Position numbers and translations under genes: made by a program
Shown here: in pieces, positions 9,208 through 18,200 of the stretch
Numbering within the stretch: the first letter of the stretch is position 1
How the letters are laid out: every line of letters begins with the position of its first letter
Virus record (IMG/VR): IMGVR_UViG_3300017917_000784
Coordinates: 21,170 to 85,169 of that record
From: a virus
Length of the DNA: 64,000 nt
Reading direction: 5' to 3' (one strand)
Notes under the pieces: model-generated
Seen by the model: only the letters and a program-made list of their open reading frames with translations
The model's database searches: none
What the model was told of the DNA's origin: nothing

Positions 9208-10319
9208 AAACCATCTACATAGTAGATCTTGAGGCAGTTGAAACTCGCTACACAGCGCAGTGGAAATCTCATCTGCCTAAACACCTGAGAAAGGAAGGGC
9301 ACAATGTTCAAGTTATCTCTGGTCCTGAAGATATTCCTAGTGCAACCACTCCTGGCGCTTTTCTTAATTTTGGTGGCACTAATATCTACAAGTCTAATCA
9401 AGTTGAGCAAATTGGTCGACTATTTTGCTCTGGACGCATTCACGCTGGCGACCACTTTATTTTTACTGATGCTTGGCATCCGGGCATTATAAATTTAAAA
9501 TATATGAGTGAGCTACTGAACATTCCAGTAATCACTCACGGATTATGGCACGCCGGTAGTTATGATCCTCAAGACTTTTTAGGACGTCTTGTTGGAAATA
9601 AACCGTGGGTCAGACATGCTGAGAAATCGTTTTTTTCGGCATTTGATTATAATTACTTTGCCACTTCTTTTCACATCGATATGTTTCATCATAATTTACT
9701 TAACGATGGTCTTATTGAAAATCCTTGGGAAAACGATGATAAGGTAGATATGATCCAATCCGGAAAATATGTACGCACAGGTTGGCCTATGGAATATATG
9801 GAAGATATTCTTACTGCTTATAAAGGCATGAAGAAGCGTAATCTTATATTGTTTCCACATCGTATTGCTCCAGAAAAACAAGTTGAAATTTTCCGTGACT
9901 TAAAAGAACACTTGCCGCAATATGAATTTGTTGTATGTCAGGATCAACAACTGACTAAAAACGAGTATCATAATTTGCTCGGTGAAGCAAAACTAGTTTT
10001 CAGTGCTAACTTACAAGAAACGTTGGGCATATCTTGTTATGAAGGTGCGGTCGTAGATGCTATCCCTATGGTTCCTGACAGACTTAGTTATACAGAAATG
10101 TATTACGATACTTTCAAGTATCCTAGTAAGTGGACTGAGAGTTGGGAAAATTATCAAGGATATCGTCCGTATCTCTGTAAAAAGATTATAGAATATATGG
10201 ACAACTATGATAAGTTCCTTCCTCAGTTGAAAAAACAGACTAAGGACTTAACAGACAACTTTTTTACTGCTAATGGACTCTATCAACAACTCAAGCATAC
10301 CCATAGTATCGATAGATGA
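9204..10319 (+). CDS. GT-B (GT4-like) glycosyltransferase resembling GTDC1/QTMAN (DUF3524 type)
   Basis: FPHRIAPEK and EAKLVFSANLQETLGISCYEG...PMVPDRLSYTE, carrying the Ex7E motif of retaining GT4 enzymes. Confidence 0.82.
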   Translation: MKTIYIVDLEAVETRYTAQWKSHLPKHLRKEGHNVQVISGPEDIPSATTPGAFLNFGGTNIYKSNQVEQIGRLFCSGRIHAGDHFIFTDAWHPGIINLKYMSELLNIPVITHGLWHAGSYDPQDFLGRLVGNKPWVRHAEKSFFSAFDYNYFATSFHIDMFHHNLLNDGLIENPWENDDKVDMIQSGKYVRTGWPMEYMEDILTAYKGMKKRNLILFPHRIAPEKQVEIFRDLKEHLPQYEFVVCQDQQLTKNEYHNLLGEAKLVFSANLQETLGISCYEGAVVDAIPMVPDRLSYTEMYYDTFKYPSKWTESWENYQGYRPYLCKKIIEYMDNYDKFLPQLKKQTKDLTDNFFTANGLYQQLKHTHSIDR

Positions 10320-10650
10320 TATTCTATCTTCTGATACTATAACGTTGACATCTACTGGAATAGATACAATGTCTAGTGCCAATACTATTACTATTGATCT
10401 TAGTAACTATACTGGTAGTCAACCGTCATACTACGATTCTACTATAGGAAACATAACATTAGGTTCAGGAGATAGTTTTAATTGGAGTATGATTGAAACT
10501 ATCCCGTTTGAAAACGGGTTTCCAGAATGGCAAGATTTTCAAGAAATGTGCAAAGAGTATCCTGGATTAGAAAAAACACTTGAACACTTAAAATCATTTT
10601 ACAAACTTTGTAAAGACGATTGGGAAACAAAGAAGAGAGGCGATGCCTAA
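10273..10650 (+). CDS. Hypothetical protein with Ser/Thr-rich N-terminus
   Basis: Coupled ORF; its C-terminal CKEYPGLEK helix resembles that of 14635..14985. Confidence 0.6.
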   Translation: MDSINNSSIPIVSIDDILSSDTITLTSTGIDTMSSANTITIDLSNYTGSQPSYYDSTIGNITLGSGDSFNWSMIETIPFENGFPEWQDFQEMCKEYPGLEKTLEHLKSFYKLCKDDWETKKRGDA

Positions 10651-11611
10651 CAGTGATAACGGTACTATCTGTTCAGCATTCTGGCGTCATACTAATTTAC
10701 GAGGCGACGACAGAGTGTTTCCCTGTTGCCGCTTTAAAGAACCTGTAGGAAAGTTTGACGGCGATGTTGTTAAAATTCTTAACAGCGAAGAATATCAAGA
10801 ACTGCGTAGAGCCAGTTTAGCCGGAGAAAAAATTTCTGGCTGTGCCAAATGCTATCATGAAGAAACATTAGGTAAAGAAAGTCTACGACAGCAGTTTAAT
10901 AAGACCTATAATAGAGATAATGTCGAACTAGAATATTTAGAAATTGGTTTTGACAATATATGTAATCTTACCTGCGATGGGTGTTTTGACGAATTTAGCA
11001 ACTCCTGGGCTAAGAAAAATAATCCGGATAAACCAAAAAGAATCTTAACAACAAAATTACATGAAATTAAATCGTTACCTGATACCATAAGAAAAATATT
11101 GTTTTTAGGTGGCGAGCCGTTGATGACTAACCGCCATAAAAAATTACTTAAGATGGTTAAGAATAAACATATGGTATCTGTGACCTACAACACCAATGGA
11201 ACGTTTTTATTAGATTTAGACACTACTGATTTGTTAGACGAATTTAAAAAAGTTGATTTTATTGTTAGCATAGATGCTTATGGTGTTTTAAATAATCATG
11301 TAAGAAACGGAAGTAAGTGGGCAGGAATATTAGAATTTATAGATCAAATAGAGGATCTAGGATTTGATATATCTGTACACACAGTTATTCATAAAAATAA
11401 TTGGTTTGGTCTTGCAGACTTACACAAATTTGTAGATCGTATGAGGTTACCCTGGACTACAAATATATTGACGTATCCCGCTCAGTTAGATATAATCAAC
11501 CTAACAGATCAAGAAAAAAATAATTTTAAAGAAATACTCGATTCTACAGAAATCCCTAACAAGGATTATATTTTGGAACATTTATTCCACAGAAAGGCCG
11601 ATAATGTTTAA
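10643..11611 (+). CDS. Radical SAM protein with N-terminal twitch/SPASM-like Cys cluster
   Basis: CNLTCDGC, GGEP, TNGT; N-terminal C...PCC...CAKC. Confidence 0.9.
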   Translation: MPNSDNGTICSAFWRHTNLRGDDRVFPCCRFKEPVGKFDGDVVKILNSEEYQELRRASLAGEKISGCAKCYHEETLGKESLRQQFNKTYNRDNVELEYLEIGFDNICNLTCDGCFDEFSNSWAKKNNPDKPKRILTTKLHEIKSLPDTIRKILFLGGEPLMTNRHKKLLKMVKNKHMVSVTYNTNGTFLLDLDTTDLLDEFKKVDFIVSIDAYGVLNNHVRNGSKWAGILEFIDQIEDLGFDISVHTVIHKNNWFGLADLHKFVDRMRLPWTTNILTYPAQLDIINLTDQEKNNFKEILDSTEIPNKDYILEHLFHRKADNV

Positions 11612-12098
11612 ATGGTTTTTAAATTTTCTAGAAAAAATAGGTCGCAAAAGAATTATTCTAGACAGAGAATCCAGCGAACCGTATTTGGAAAGATATTACC
11701 TATTTCTTAAAGAACGTAAAACTTTTCCATTCAATATATTTGTACACAAGTTTCTTAAGTCAGATCCGGACGATGTACACGATCACCCTTGGCCTTATGC
11801 TACACTAATTCTCAAAGGTGGATACTATGAATGGGTTCCGCAATTTGACAAAGAAGGAAAATTGTCTTGTGAAATTCGCAAATGGCGAGGTCCTGGACAT
11901 TTTCGTATTTGTAGTCCTAACTCCTATCATCGCATCGAGTTAAAGGAAGGCGTTACTGCTTGGACATTGTTCATGCCAGGACCACAGCGTCGTGAGTGGG
12001 GGTTCTTAGTAAATAACCAATGGATACATAATGACCAGTATCTTGAAAACAGGAAACGAATAAATGAAAAATCCGCTGTTGGATACCGACGCTTATAA
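11604..12098 (+). CDS. Cupin-fold protein
   Basis: HDHPW...GGYYE...YHRI. Confidence 0.65.
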   Translation: MFKWFLNFLEKIGRKRIILDRESSEPYLERYYLFLKERKTFPFNIFVHKFLKSDPDDVHDHPWPYATLILKGGYYEWVPQFDKEGKLSCEIRKWRGPGHFRICSPNSYHRIELKEGVTAWTLFMPGPQRREWGFLVNNQWIHNDQYLENRKRINEKSAVGYRRL

Positions 12099-12666
12099 AA
12101 AATGGCACAAGTACGGTGCCGCACATAACAGAATTCCAGTTACCTGGACAGATGCTGATCTAAACTTCGATTGGCAGTTAACATATCAAACTGATGAAGT
12201 TCCGCCAGGCGACGAGTGGCAAATTTGTTCCACCGATTTAAAAAAACAACAAGAAGCACTTTTTTCCGAATGGGGAATTACTAAGGAAGCCACTACGCAT
12301 TGGATGTCGCTACATCCAGAATTAAATGAAAATCTTTCTAAAATTTTACAAAATTTTAAATTAAAAAACTATCGATACAATTTTCTTAAATTAACTGCCG
12401 GTAGAATGTTACAGTGGCACATCGATGGCTACAGTACTTTTGTAAAATATAACAACATCGAAGCACATCGTTGGAAAGAAATTAAACGTGCTGTAGTCAT
12501 GTTGTCTGATTGGAATTTTGGCCAAGTCATGCAAATAGGTAGACAGGTTATTGCAGAATGGGAAGCCGGGGACGTTTATACATGGATCGGCGATACATGG
12601 CATGGGGCTGCCAATTTTGGTGTAGACGATTTAGTTGTTATGCAAATTACCTATTTAGATGAATAA
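12064..12666 (+). CDS. 2OG-Fe(II) oxygenase-like protein
   Basis: WHID...WHGAANFG facial triad pattern. Confidence 0.72.
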   Translation: MKNPLLDTDAYKKWHKYGAAHNRIPVTWTDADLNFDWQLTYQTDEVPPGDEWQICSTDLKKQQEALFSEWGITKEATTHWMSLHPELNENLSKILQNFKLKNYRYNFLKLTAGRMLQWHIDGYSTFVKYNNIEAHRWKEIKRAVVMLSDWNFGQVMQIGRQVIAEWEAGDVYTWIGDTWHGAANFGVDDLVVMQITYLDE

Positions 12667-13603
12667 TATACAAGTAAAATTCGACCATCGAGATAAACCA
12701 CTGGGCGGTGCGTTTGCTGTTAAGGACCCGGACTTTCTACAGGTTTTAAATGAATACCACCCTAGTTGGAATTATGTGTTTAACAGCAACTACCATACCG
12801 ATGAGTTTTGCGAGCAATATTTAGATTGGATTAAAGCATCTAGACATAGTAATTTTAAAGGCTTAGAAGATTTCCCCCATTATGCCTTTTCTGCAGGCAC
12901 TACAGAATCATTTGATAAATTTTACATGAAAAATCATACTCGAAGATTTAGATGTTTTCGAGGAGAATATTTGTATCATGAATTAGCATGGCGCAACTGT
13001 TGGCCCAATTGGCGTTACATCGAATCCGACGAAATTAGAGTCAACGATGCTGTAGTTATTAGTCTTCCCTTTGCAGACACTGGCGATAAGCATAAGCAGT
13101 ATGAACATTTAATGGAGACCTGTACTCGGTTAGGCGTACCTGTGCTAGTCGACTGTGCATATTTTGGACTTGCTACAGAAGTTGAATTTGATCTCAGTTA
13201 CCCGTGTATTACTGATGTGACATTTAGTCTTAGCAAATACTTTCCTATAGCACATGCTAGAGTTGGTATGAGATTAACAAGAGTTAATGATGACGATCCA
13301 TTGTTTGTTTATCAGTATAGAAGTTATAATAATAAACACGGTGCAGTACTAGGTCAGTATATGATGAATAACTTTGATTGTAATTTTTTAATTGACCGCT
13401 ACAGACAACGTCAAACAGAATTTAGTGAATTTATAAATGTATGCCCTACACGAACCATATTGTTTGCGTTAGGTAGTGACAAGTGGAAAGATTATAATCG
13501 TGGCGGCGAACTTAATAGATTAAGTTTTCACAAATACCTGCATTTAGATACAGAAGAATTTAAAACAATAATAAAGGAAAAATATGGCAATTTGCTCACA
13601 TAA
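12659..13603 (+). CDS. PLP-dependent aminotransferase-like protein (fold type I)
   Basis: GTTESFD, LVDCAY, FSLSK (PLP lysine), RVG. Confidence 0.78.
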   Translation: MNNIQVKFDHRDKPLGGAFAVKDPDFLQVLNEYHPSWNYVFNSNYHTDEFCEQYLDWIKASRHSNFKGLEDFPHYAFSAGTTESFDKFYMKNHTRRFRCFRGEYLYHELAWRNCWPNWRYIESDEIRVNDAVVISLPFADTGDKHKQYEHLMETCTRLGVPVLVDCAYFGLATEVEFDLSYPCITDVTFSLSKYFPIAHARVGMRLTRVNDDDPLFVYQYRSYNNKHGAVLGQYMMNNFDCNFLIDRYRQRQTEFSEFINVCPTRTILFALGSDKWKDYNRGGELNRLSFHKYLHLDTEEFKTIIKEKYGNLLT

Positions 13604-14642
13604 CGATTGGGATCCGTTAGAGGAGATAATAGTAGGTACAGCAGATCACTCAATGTTACCTACTATGAGTAAAGCAGTACAGGCATTTAGTTACGCAGAA
13701 TACACCCTGGAAGAATTGCAAGTACTACAAGGACCACACGATCAACGTATTCGTGACGAAGCAAATGAGGACTTAGAAATTCTAGCAGACACACTTAGAG
13801 GTTTAGGTGTTAAGGTACATAGACCTAAAAGCGTCGATCACGGCAAAGAGTTCAGCAGTCCAGATTGGACTACTACTGGCTGGTATACATTCTGTCCACG
13901 TGATTTGTTGTTGCCACTAGATAACCTAGTGTTAGAAGCCGCAAGTCCTGGCCGTTGCCGTCAATATGAAAGTCGTGCTTACTATGATTATCTATATCAG
14001 CAAGTAGAAGAGGGCGTAGAATGGATCAGTGCTCCTAAGCCCATTCTGCTGGACGACTTATATCAAGTAGAAGACCTAAGCAAGCCTACAGTTAAAAATC
14101 ACGAAATCATTTGGGAAGCACCTAACGTTGTGCGTCTAGGCAAGGACTTGTTATATCAAGTTTCTAACACTGGAACACTTAAAGGTTACCAGTGGATGAA
14201 GAACATTGTCGAAAAGCGTGGTTATAAATTACACCTAGCAGAAGGTTTTTACTTCTTTGCACATTTCGATTCTACAGTTATTCCTTTACGTCCAGGTTTG
14301 GTTATGTTTAATGGTGCAAGATTGCGTGAAGATCATTACCCACAGATTTTCAAAGACTGGGACAAGATTTGGATCACTCCAGATATGATGTATACTGCTC
14401 CTACTGAATTACCTGGCGGAATTCCTCCTTGCAGTCCTTGGATTGGTATGAACATGCTTAGTGTTAATCCTAACCTTGTTATCATCGACAAGGATCAGGA
14501 TGTCATACGCAGAGTGTTAGACAAGCACGGTATTGAAACTATCGGTTTACCACAGCGTCAAGCACGTACAATGAGCGGCGGATTTCATTGCCAAACATTA
14601 GACGTTAAACGTAAAGGAACTTTGGAGAGTTATTTTGACTAA
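13584..14642 (+). CDS. Amidinotransferase (StrB1/glycine amidinotransferase family)
   Basis: SHNDWDPLEEIIVG, FCPRD, HFDST, GGFHC (catalytic Cys). Confidence 0.93.
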   Translation: MAICSHNDWDPLEEIIVGTADHSMLPTMSKAVQAFSYAEYTLEELQVLQGPHDQRIRDEANEDLEILADTLRGLGVKVHRPKSVDHGKEFSSPDWTTTGWYTFCPRDLLLPLDNLVLEAASPGRCRQYESRAYYDYLYQQVEEGVEWISAPKPILLDDLYQVEDLSKPTVKNHEIIWEAPNVVRLGKDLLYQVSNTGTLKGYQWMKNIVEKRGYKLHLAEGFYFFAHFDSTVIPLRPGLVMFNGARLREDHYPQIFKDWDKIWITPDMMYTAPTELPGGIPPCSPWIGMNMLSVNPNLVIIDKDQDVIRRVLDKHGIETIGLPQRQARTMSGGFHCQTLDVKRKGTLESYFD

Positions 14643-14985
14643 TAATGTTCTGCCAAATAACATAACTGCTATACCGATCAATAACGGTAGTACCAATTAT
14701 ACTATAGCCAATTCAGGATCGACGTGGGGAACGACTGCTGTTAATCCTGTAATGACACTTTGCGAACCAGCAACATTGGATGTCAAAGGTACGCTAGTGT
14801 TAAATGGACAGAATTTGGAAGAACGATTAAAAATTATTGAAGATGTATTGCATATACCTGAAAGAGATGTTAAACTAGAGAAAAAGTATCCTAAACTTAA
14901 AAAAATGTATGACGCCTACATCAGAGAGTTAGCAAAGTATAGAACATTTGAAGCAATTAAAGGAGATAATAATGGAACTACATGA
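14635..14985 (+). CDS. Hypothetical protein
   Basis: TTG start coupled to the upstream stop; S/T/N-rich N-terminus and helical C-terminus. Confidence 0.6.
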   Translation: MTNNVLPNNITAIPINNGSTNYTIANSGSTWGTTAVNPVMTLCEPATLDVKGTLVLNGQNLEERLKIIEDVLHIPERDVKLEKKYPKLKKMYDAYIRELAKYRTFEAIKGDNNGTT

Positions 14986-15202
14986 ATCAGTTGCGCACAC
15001 TTGCAAAGAAATTACAGTTAAAGAACATGAAGGATATCGTGTACGCATGGTGAAACACGAAGTTCTTAATCCGAAAGGGTTGTTTAGCCTTGATATCATT
15101 CAAGAAAGTTTAAAAGACGGTAAAGTTACTAATAGTCAAACATATAACTTCTTTATGACTAAAGATGAATTGCAAACTCTAGCACACGGTTTAACATCAT
15201 GA
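14972..15202 (+). CDS. Hypothetical protein
   Basis: SD AAGGAG before ATG 14972. Confidence 0.65.
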   Translation: MELHESVAHTCKEITVKEHEGYRVRMVKHEVLNPKGLFSLDIIQESLKDGKVTNSQTYNFFMTKDELQTLAHGLTS

Positions 15203-15720
15203 AAAAAGTCTACGTTAGTTGGAATGATGTCCAACGTCAAGTTCAAGAACTAATACGTCAAATGTGGAAGGACGGATGGACTCCTGACTATGTAGTAGGC
15301 ATTACTAGAGGTGGTCTAACACCTGCTAACTTAATTAGTCAGTACTTAGGATGTTCTATGGAAACTTTAAAAGTTAGTCTTAGGGATGGATCTGAACAAG
15401 AAAGTAATCTTTGGATGGCCGGTGATGCCTTTGAAGGTAAAAAAATACTAATAGTTGACGATATTAACGATAGCGGTGCTACACTAAGTTGGATTAAAAA
15501 TGACTGGCCTAGTGGACATTTCCCTAATGATGAAAAATGGAATTCCGTCTGGGGAGGAAATGTTCGTGTAGCCTGTTTATATGATAACGAATCCAGTAAA
15601 AGCACACTGGACGTAGACTATGCCGCAGAAACTATTAATAAATTAGAAGACCCTTGTTGGATTGTATTTCCTTGGGAAGAATGGTGGAGACGTTGGAATC
15701 CAGCAGAGGAGCATAGATAG
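15199..15720 (+). CDS. Type I phosphoribosyltransferase (xanthine-guanine PRT-like)
   Basis: VGITRGG, PRPP-binding loop ILIVDDINDSGAT, WIVFPWE. Confidence 0.92.
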   Translation: MKKVYVSWNDVQRQVQELIRQMWKDGWTPDYVVGITRGGLTPANLISQYLGCSMETLKVSLRDGSEQESNLWMAGDAFEGKKILIVDDINDSGATLSWIKNDWPSGHFPNDEKWNSVWGGNVRVACLYDNESSKSTLDVDYAAETINKLEDPCWIVFPWEEWWRRWNPAEEHR

Positions 15721-15721
15721 T

Positions 15722-16099
15722 ATGATTACAGATATAGAACGTGCAATGAACACAGGACGTGCTCCTTGGACTGAACTAGAGTATCAAACAGAATACTTTT
15801 GGGTGTTTTCAGACAAGTATCCAGTAACAGAAGGTCATATGCTGTTTGTTCCAGCAATGGAAAATAAAATCTGTATTATGAAATGCTACGAAGCCGCATA
15901 CGATGTAGGTGAAGATGGTGTGTTGAATCAGTTTTGGGATGGATTCAATGTAGGTCAAAATATTGGTGTTGCGGCTGGTCAAACTGTAATGTATCCACAC
16001 ATACACTTAATACCTAGACGTACAGGAGATATGTCTGACCCCAGGGGCGGGGTTAGACACGTAATACCGGAAAAAGGAAACTATAAGAAAAATGCTTAA
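15722..16099 (+). CDS. HIT family nucleotide hydrolase
   Basis: YPVTEGH, AAGQTVMYPHIHLIPR. Confidence 0.92.
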   Translation: MITDIERAMNTGRAPWTELEYQTEYFWVFSDKYPVTEGHMLFVPAMENKICIMKCYEAAYDVGEDGVLNQFWDGFNVGQNIGVAAGQTVMYPHIHLIPRRTGDMSDPRGGVRHVIPEKGNYKKNA

Positions 16100-17225
16100 C
16101 GAACTACAAGTCCATTGGGATAATAAAGTTGTTGATTATGATTTAGAAAAATATAATTGGCCTGCATGGGCACTGAGTGTTATACAAGAAGTTGCTCCTC
16201 AAGTAAAAGAACTTGAAACAATGCACGAGGTTCTAACACCAGCAGAAATTGTTAGGGTGGGTCAGCATGTACAAAATGCTTGCAGTCGCAGAGACTTTAT
16301 GGAAAGATTCGACGAGTTTGCGGCAGGTATTGTTCCACAACGTATTAACAATAAGCGTTATATGATTCAACGTCAAGGAACTTTACGTGTTGTTATTCCT
16401 AATCAAGCAAAGGTAGGACGTAGACTTGCGTTTCATCAAGGTATTTTTGTAGGTAATGGCAGAGGTTGCCGTACTATTTGGACTCCATTTACTCGTGCAG
16501 AAAAAACCAATACTATGTGGATGTTGGACCTAGACATCAGCAGAGAAATTACTAAACGTGTGCTCGCTGAAAAATGGAGTTTAGAAAAGTTTGAAGAAGA
16601 AAGTTTAAAACACGCATGGCCAGTTACGCTAAGTCCAGGTCAAAGTCATTTATTTTTCCAAGAGCATATTCATGGTAATGTAAACAACGATGAAGGATAT
16701 ACTCGTGTTAGTTTAGATATGCGTATCCTAATCGAAGGCGAAGAGTGGGGACGTAGACTTCCTGGTGGATTTATGCGTTTACCTGGTGACTACGAAGTTA
16801 CAGAAACTATGGATTATACTGGTAAAAGTTTTATCACGTATGCTGGGTGGAATAGTAAGTTTAGTAAAGACATTCCGTTACCTATGCAACGTGCAATTAT
16901 AGAGCCATATTGTCAAAAGAACAAGATTGCTTATACAAGTTATGAATTTGAAAACGAACATATGGATTGGCAGCCTGGTTTAGAGTATTACATTAAAGAA
17001 CGTCCGGACGGTATTGTTTTGTGCAGTATGTACAGTCTAACTGATGACATTCAACGTCGAAGTGAAATTTTAAATTTGGCTTTAGATTTAGGAGTTGAAT
17101 TACACTTTGCTAACGAACTTACCAGTCTTAAAACTAAAAAAGATTTAGAAAAAATTGAAACTTATCTAAATTTTGCAGTTCCTAAAAAGGGACTACAAGT
17201 ATGGGAAGAAGGTTGGCCGGGTTGA
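16092..17225 (+). CDS. Fusion of a StrG-like/sporadic carbohydrate cluster oxygenase domain and a LIC12192-like domain
   Basis: N-terminal LRV...FHQG...HGNVNN...TRVSLDMR; C-terminal PMQRAIIEPYC...DGIVLCSMYSL...LHFANE. Confidence 0.6.
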   Translation: MLNELQVHWDNKVVDYDLEKYNWPAWALSVIQEVAPQVKELETMHEVLTPAEIVRVGQHVQNACSRRDFMERFDEFAAGIVPQRINNKRYMIQRQGTLRVVIPNQAKVGRRLAFHQGIFVGNGRGCRTIWTPFTRAEKTNTMWMLDLDISREITKRVLAEKWSLEKFEEESLKHAWPVTLSPGQSHLFFQEHIHGNVNNDEGYTRVSLDMRILIEGEEWGRRLPGGFMRLPGDYEVTETMDYTGKSFITYAGWNSKFSKDIPLPMQRAIIEPYCQKNKIAYTSYEFENEHMDWQPGLEYYIKERPDGIVLCSMYSLTDDIQRRSEILNLALDLGVELHFANELTSLKTKKDLEKIETYLNFAVPKKGLQVWEEGWPG

Positions 17226-17728
17226 AAACACAAGGGCACTTGACACCTTATTGGACAAAGGAATCTATTAGCCAGATTCCTTTTGTTACACCTCCAAATC
17301 CTAATATTGGATTTGATCTTGTTGATGATCAAGATCAAATAAGATACAACGGATTAATCACTGCTGATAGGGTAACTGAATTACCGGAAGTTTTAAAATC
17401 GGATTTATTAGAAAAAGAATTTGATTGGTTAGAAAATAAAATTTATGCTGTACATAGAATGAACCCCGGAACCCTTTTGCCTATACACAGAGATTTATAT
17501 AGATATTTTAAAACTAACAATAACATTGATAACATAAACGATATCATTAGAGTAATAGTTTTTTTAGATAGTTGGCACAGCGGTCAACTATTAGAAATAA
17601 ACGATACTATGGTTGTAAATTGGCAAGCGGGTGACTGGTATATGTGGAGAGGCGGTGATGCACATCTTGCGGCTAATCTGGGTCATCAAAATAGATATAC
17701 TTTACAGATTACAGGAACTTTAAAGTGA
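17222..17728 (+). CDS. 2OG-Fe(II) oxygenase-like protein (paralog of 31504..32016)
   Basis: LLPIHRD...HLAANLGHQNRYTLQITG; TTG 17222 is the likely start. Confidence 0.72.
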   Translation: MKTQGHLTPYWTKESISQIPFVTPPNPNIGFDLVDDQDQIRYNGLITADRVTELPEVLKSDLLEKEFDWLENKIYAVHRMNPGTLLPIHRDLYRYFKTNNNIDNINDIIRVIVFLDSWHSGQLLEINDTMVVNWQAGDWYMWRGGDAHLAANLGHQNRYTLQITGTLK

Positions 17729-17934
17729 GTCCTAGCGATCACGAAGTTAACGTGGACTATCATACCGGACAAAACGGAATTTGGTGGAATGAAACCTGCG
17801 CTATGGTTATGGAAGTATTTGGACTACCTGGAGATCGGTTTGTGGCCTCTCCTACAGAAGATTATATGACATTTACATTTAAATCAAAAAAGGATGCGGA
17901 TTTATGCAGGATTCTACTGTCAGAAAGGTTGTAA
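17725..17934 (+). CDS. Hypothetical protein
   Basis: GTGA overlap with the upstream stop. Confidence 0.6.
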   Translation: MSPSDHEVNVDYHTGQNGIWWNETCAMVMEVFGLPGDRFVASPTEDYMTFTFKSKKDADLCRILLSERL

Positions 17935-18143
17935 TTACTGGTTGGTTGGTTTCGATATCATTAATATTAATATTCAGTAATTTTGGAAATTCCAAACCAA
18001 TAATGGTATACGACTGCGGTATAGCAGAATGGCATCCAGATATACCAAAAGAAGTTCGAGACGAATGTCGTAAATTACGTTTGGAAGAATTTTATCAAAG
18101 AAACGAGCAAGAAATTCCTAGAAAAAATTTGACAACGACCTAA
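17904..18143 (+). CDS. Hypothetical protein with N-terminal TM helix
   Basis: Hydrophobic N-terminus; DC...EC pair. Confidence 0.55.
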   Translation: MQDSTVRKVVITGWLVSISLILIFSNFGNSKPIMVYDCGIAEWHPDIPKEVRDECRKLRLEEFYQRNEQEIPRKNLTTT

Positions 18144-18158
18144 ATAAACCTATATAAT
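18129..18158 (+). promoter_or_regulatory. Sigma70-like promoter of folE with embedded CTAAATA
   Basis: TTGACA (18129-18134), 18-nt spacer, TATAAT (18153-18158). Confidence 0.7.
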
Positions 18159-18200
18159 ATTACAAAGCGATCCACCGCTTAAACTCGGAGTAAAATATAA

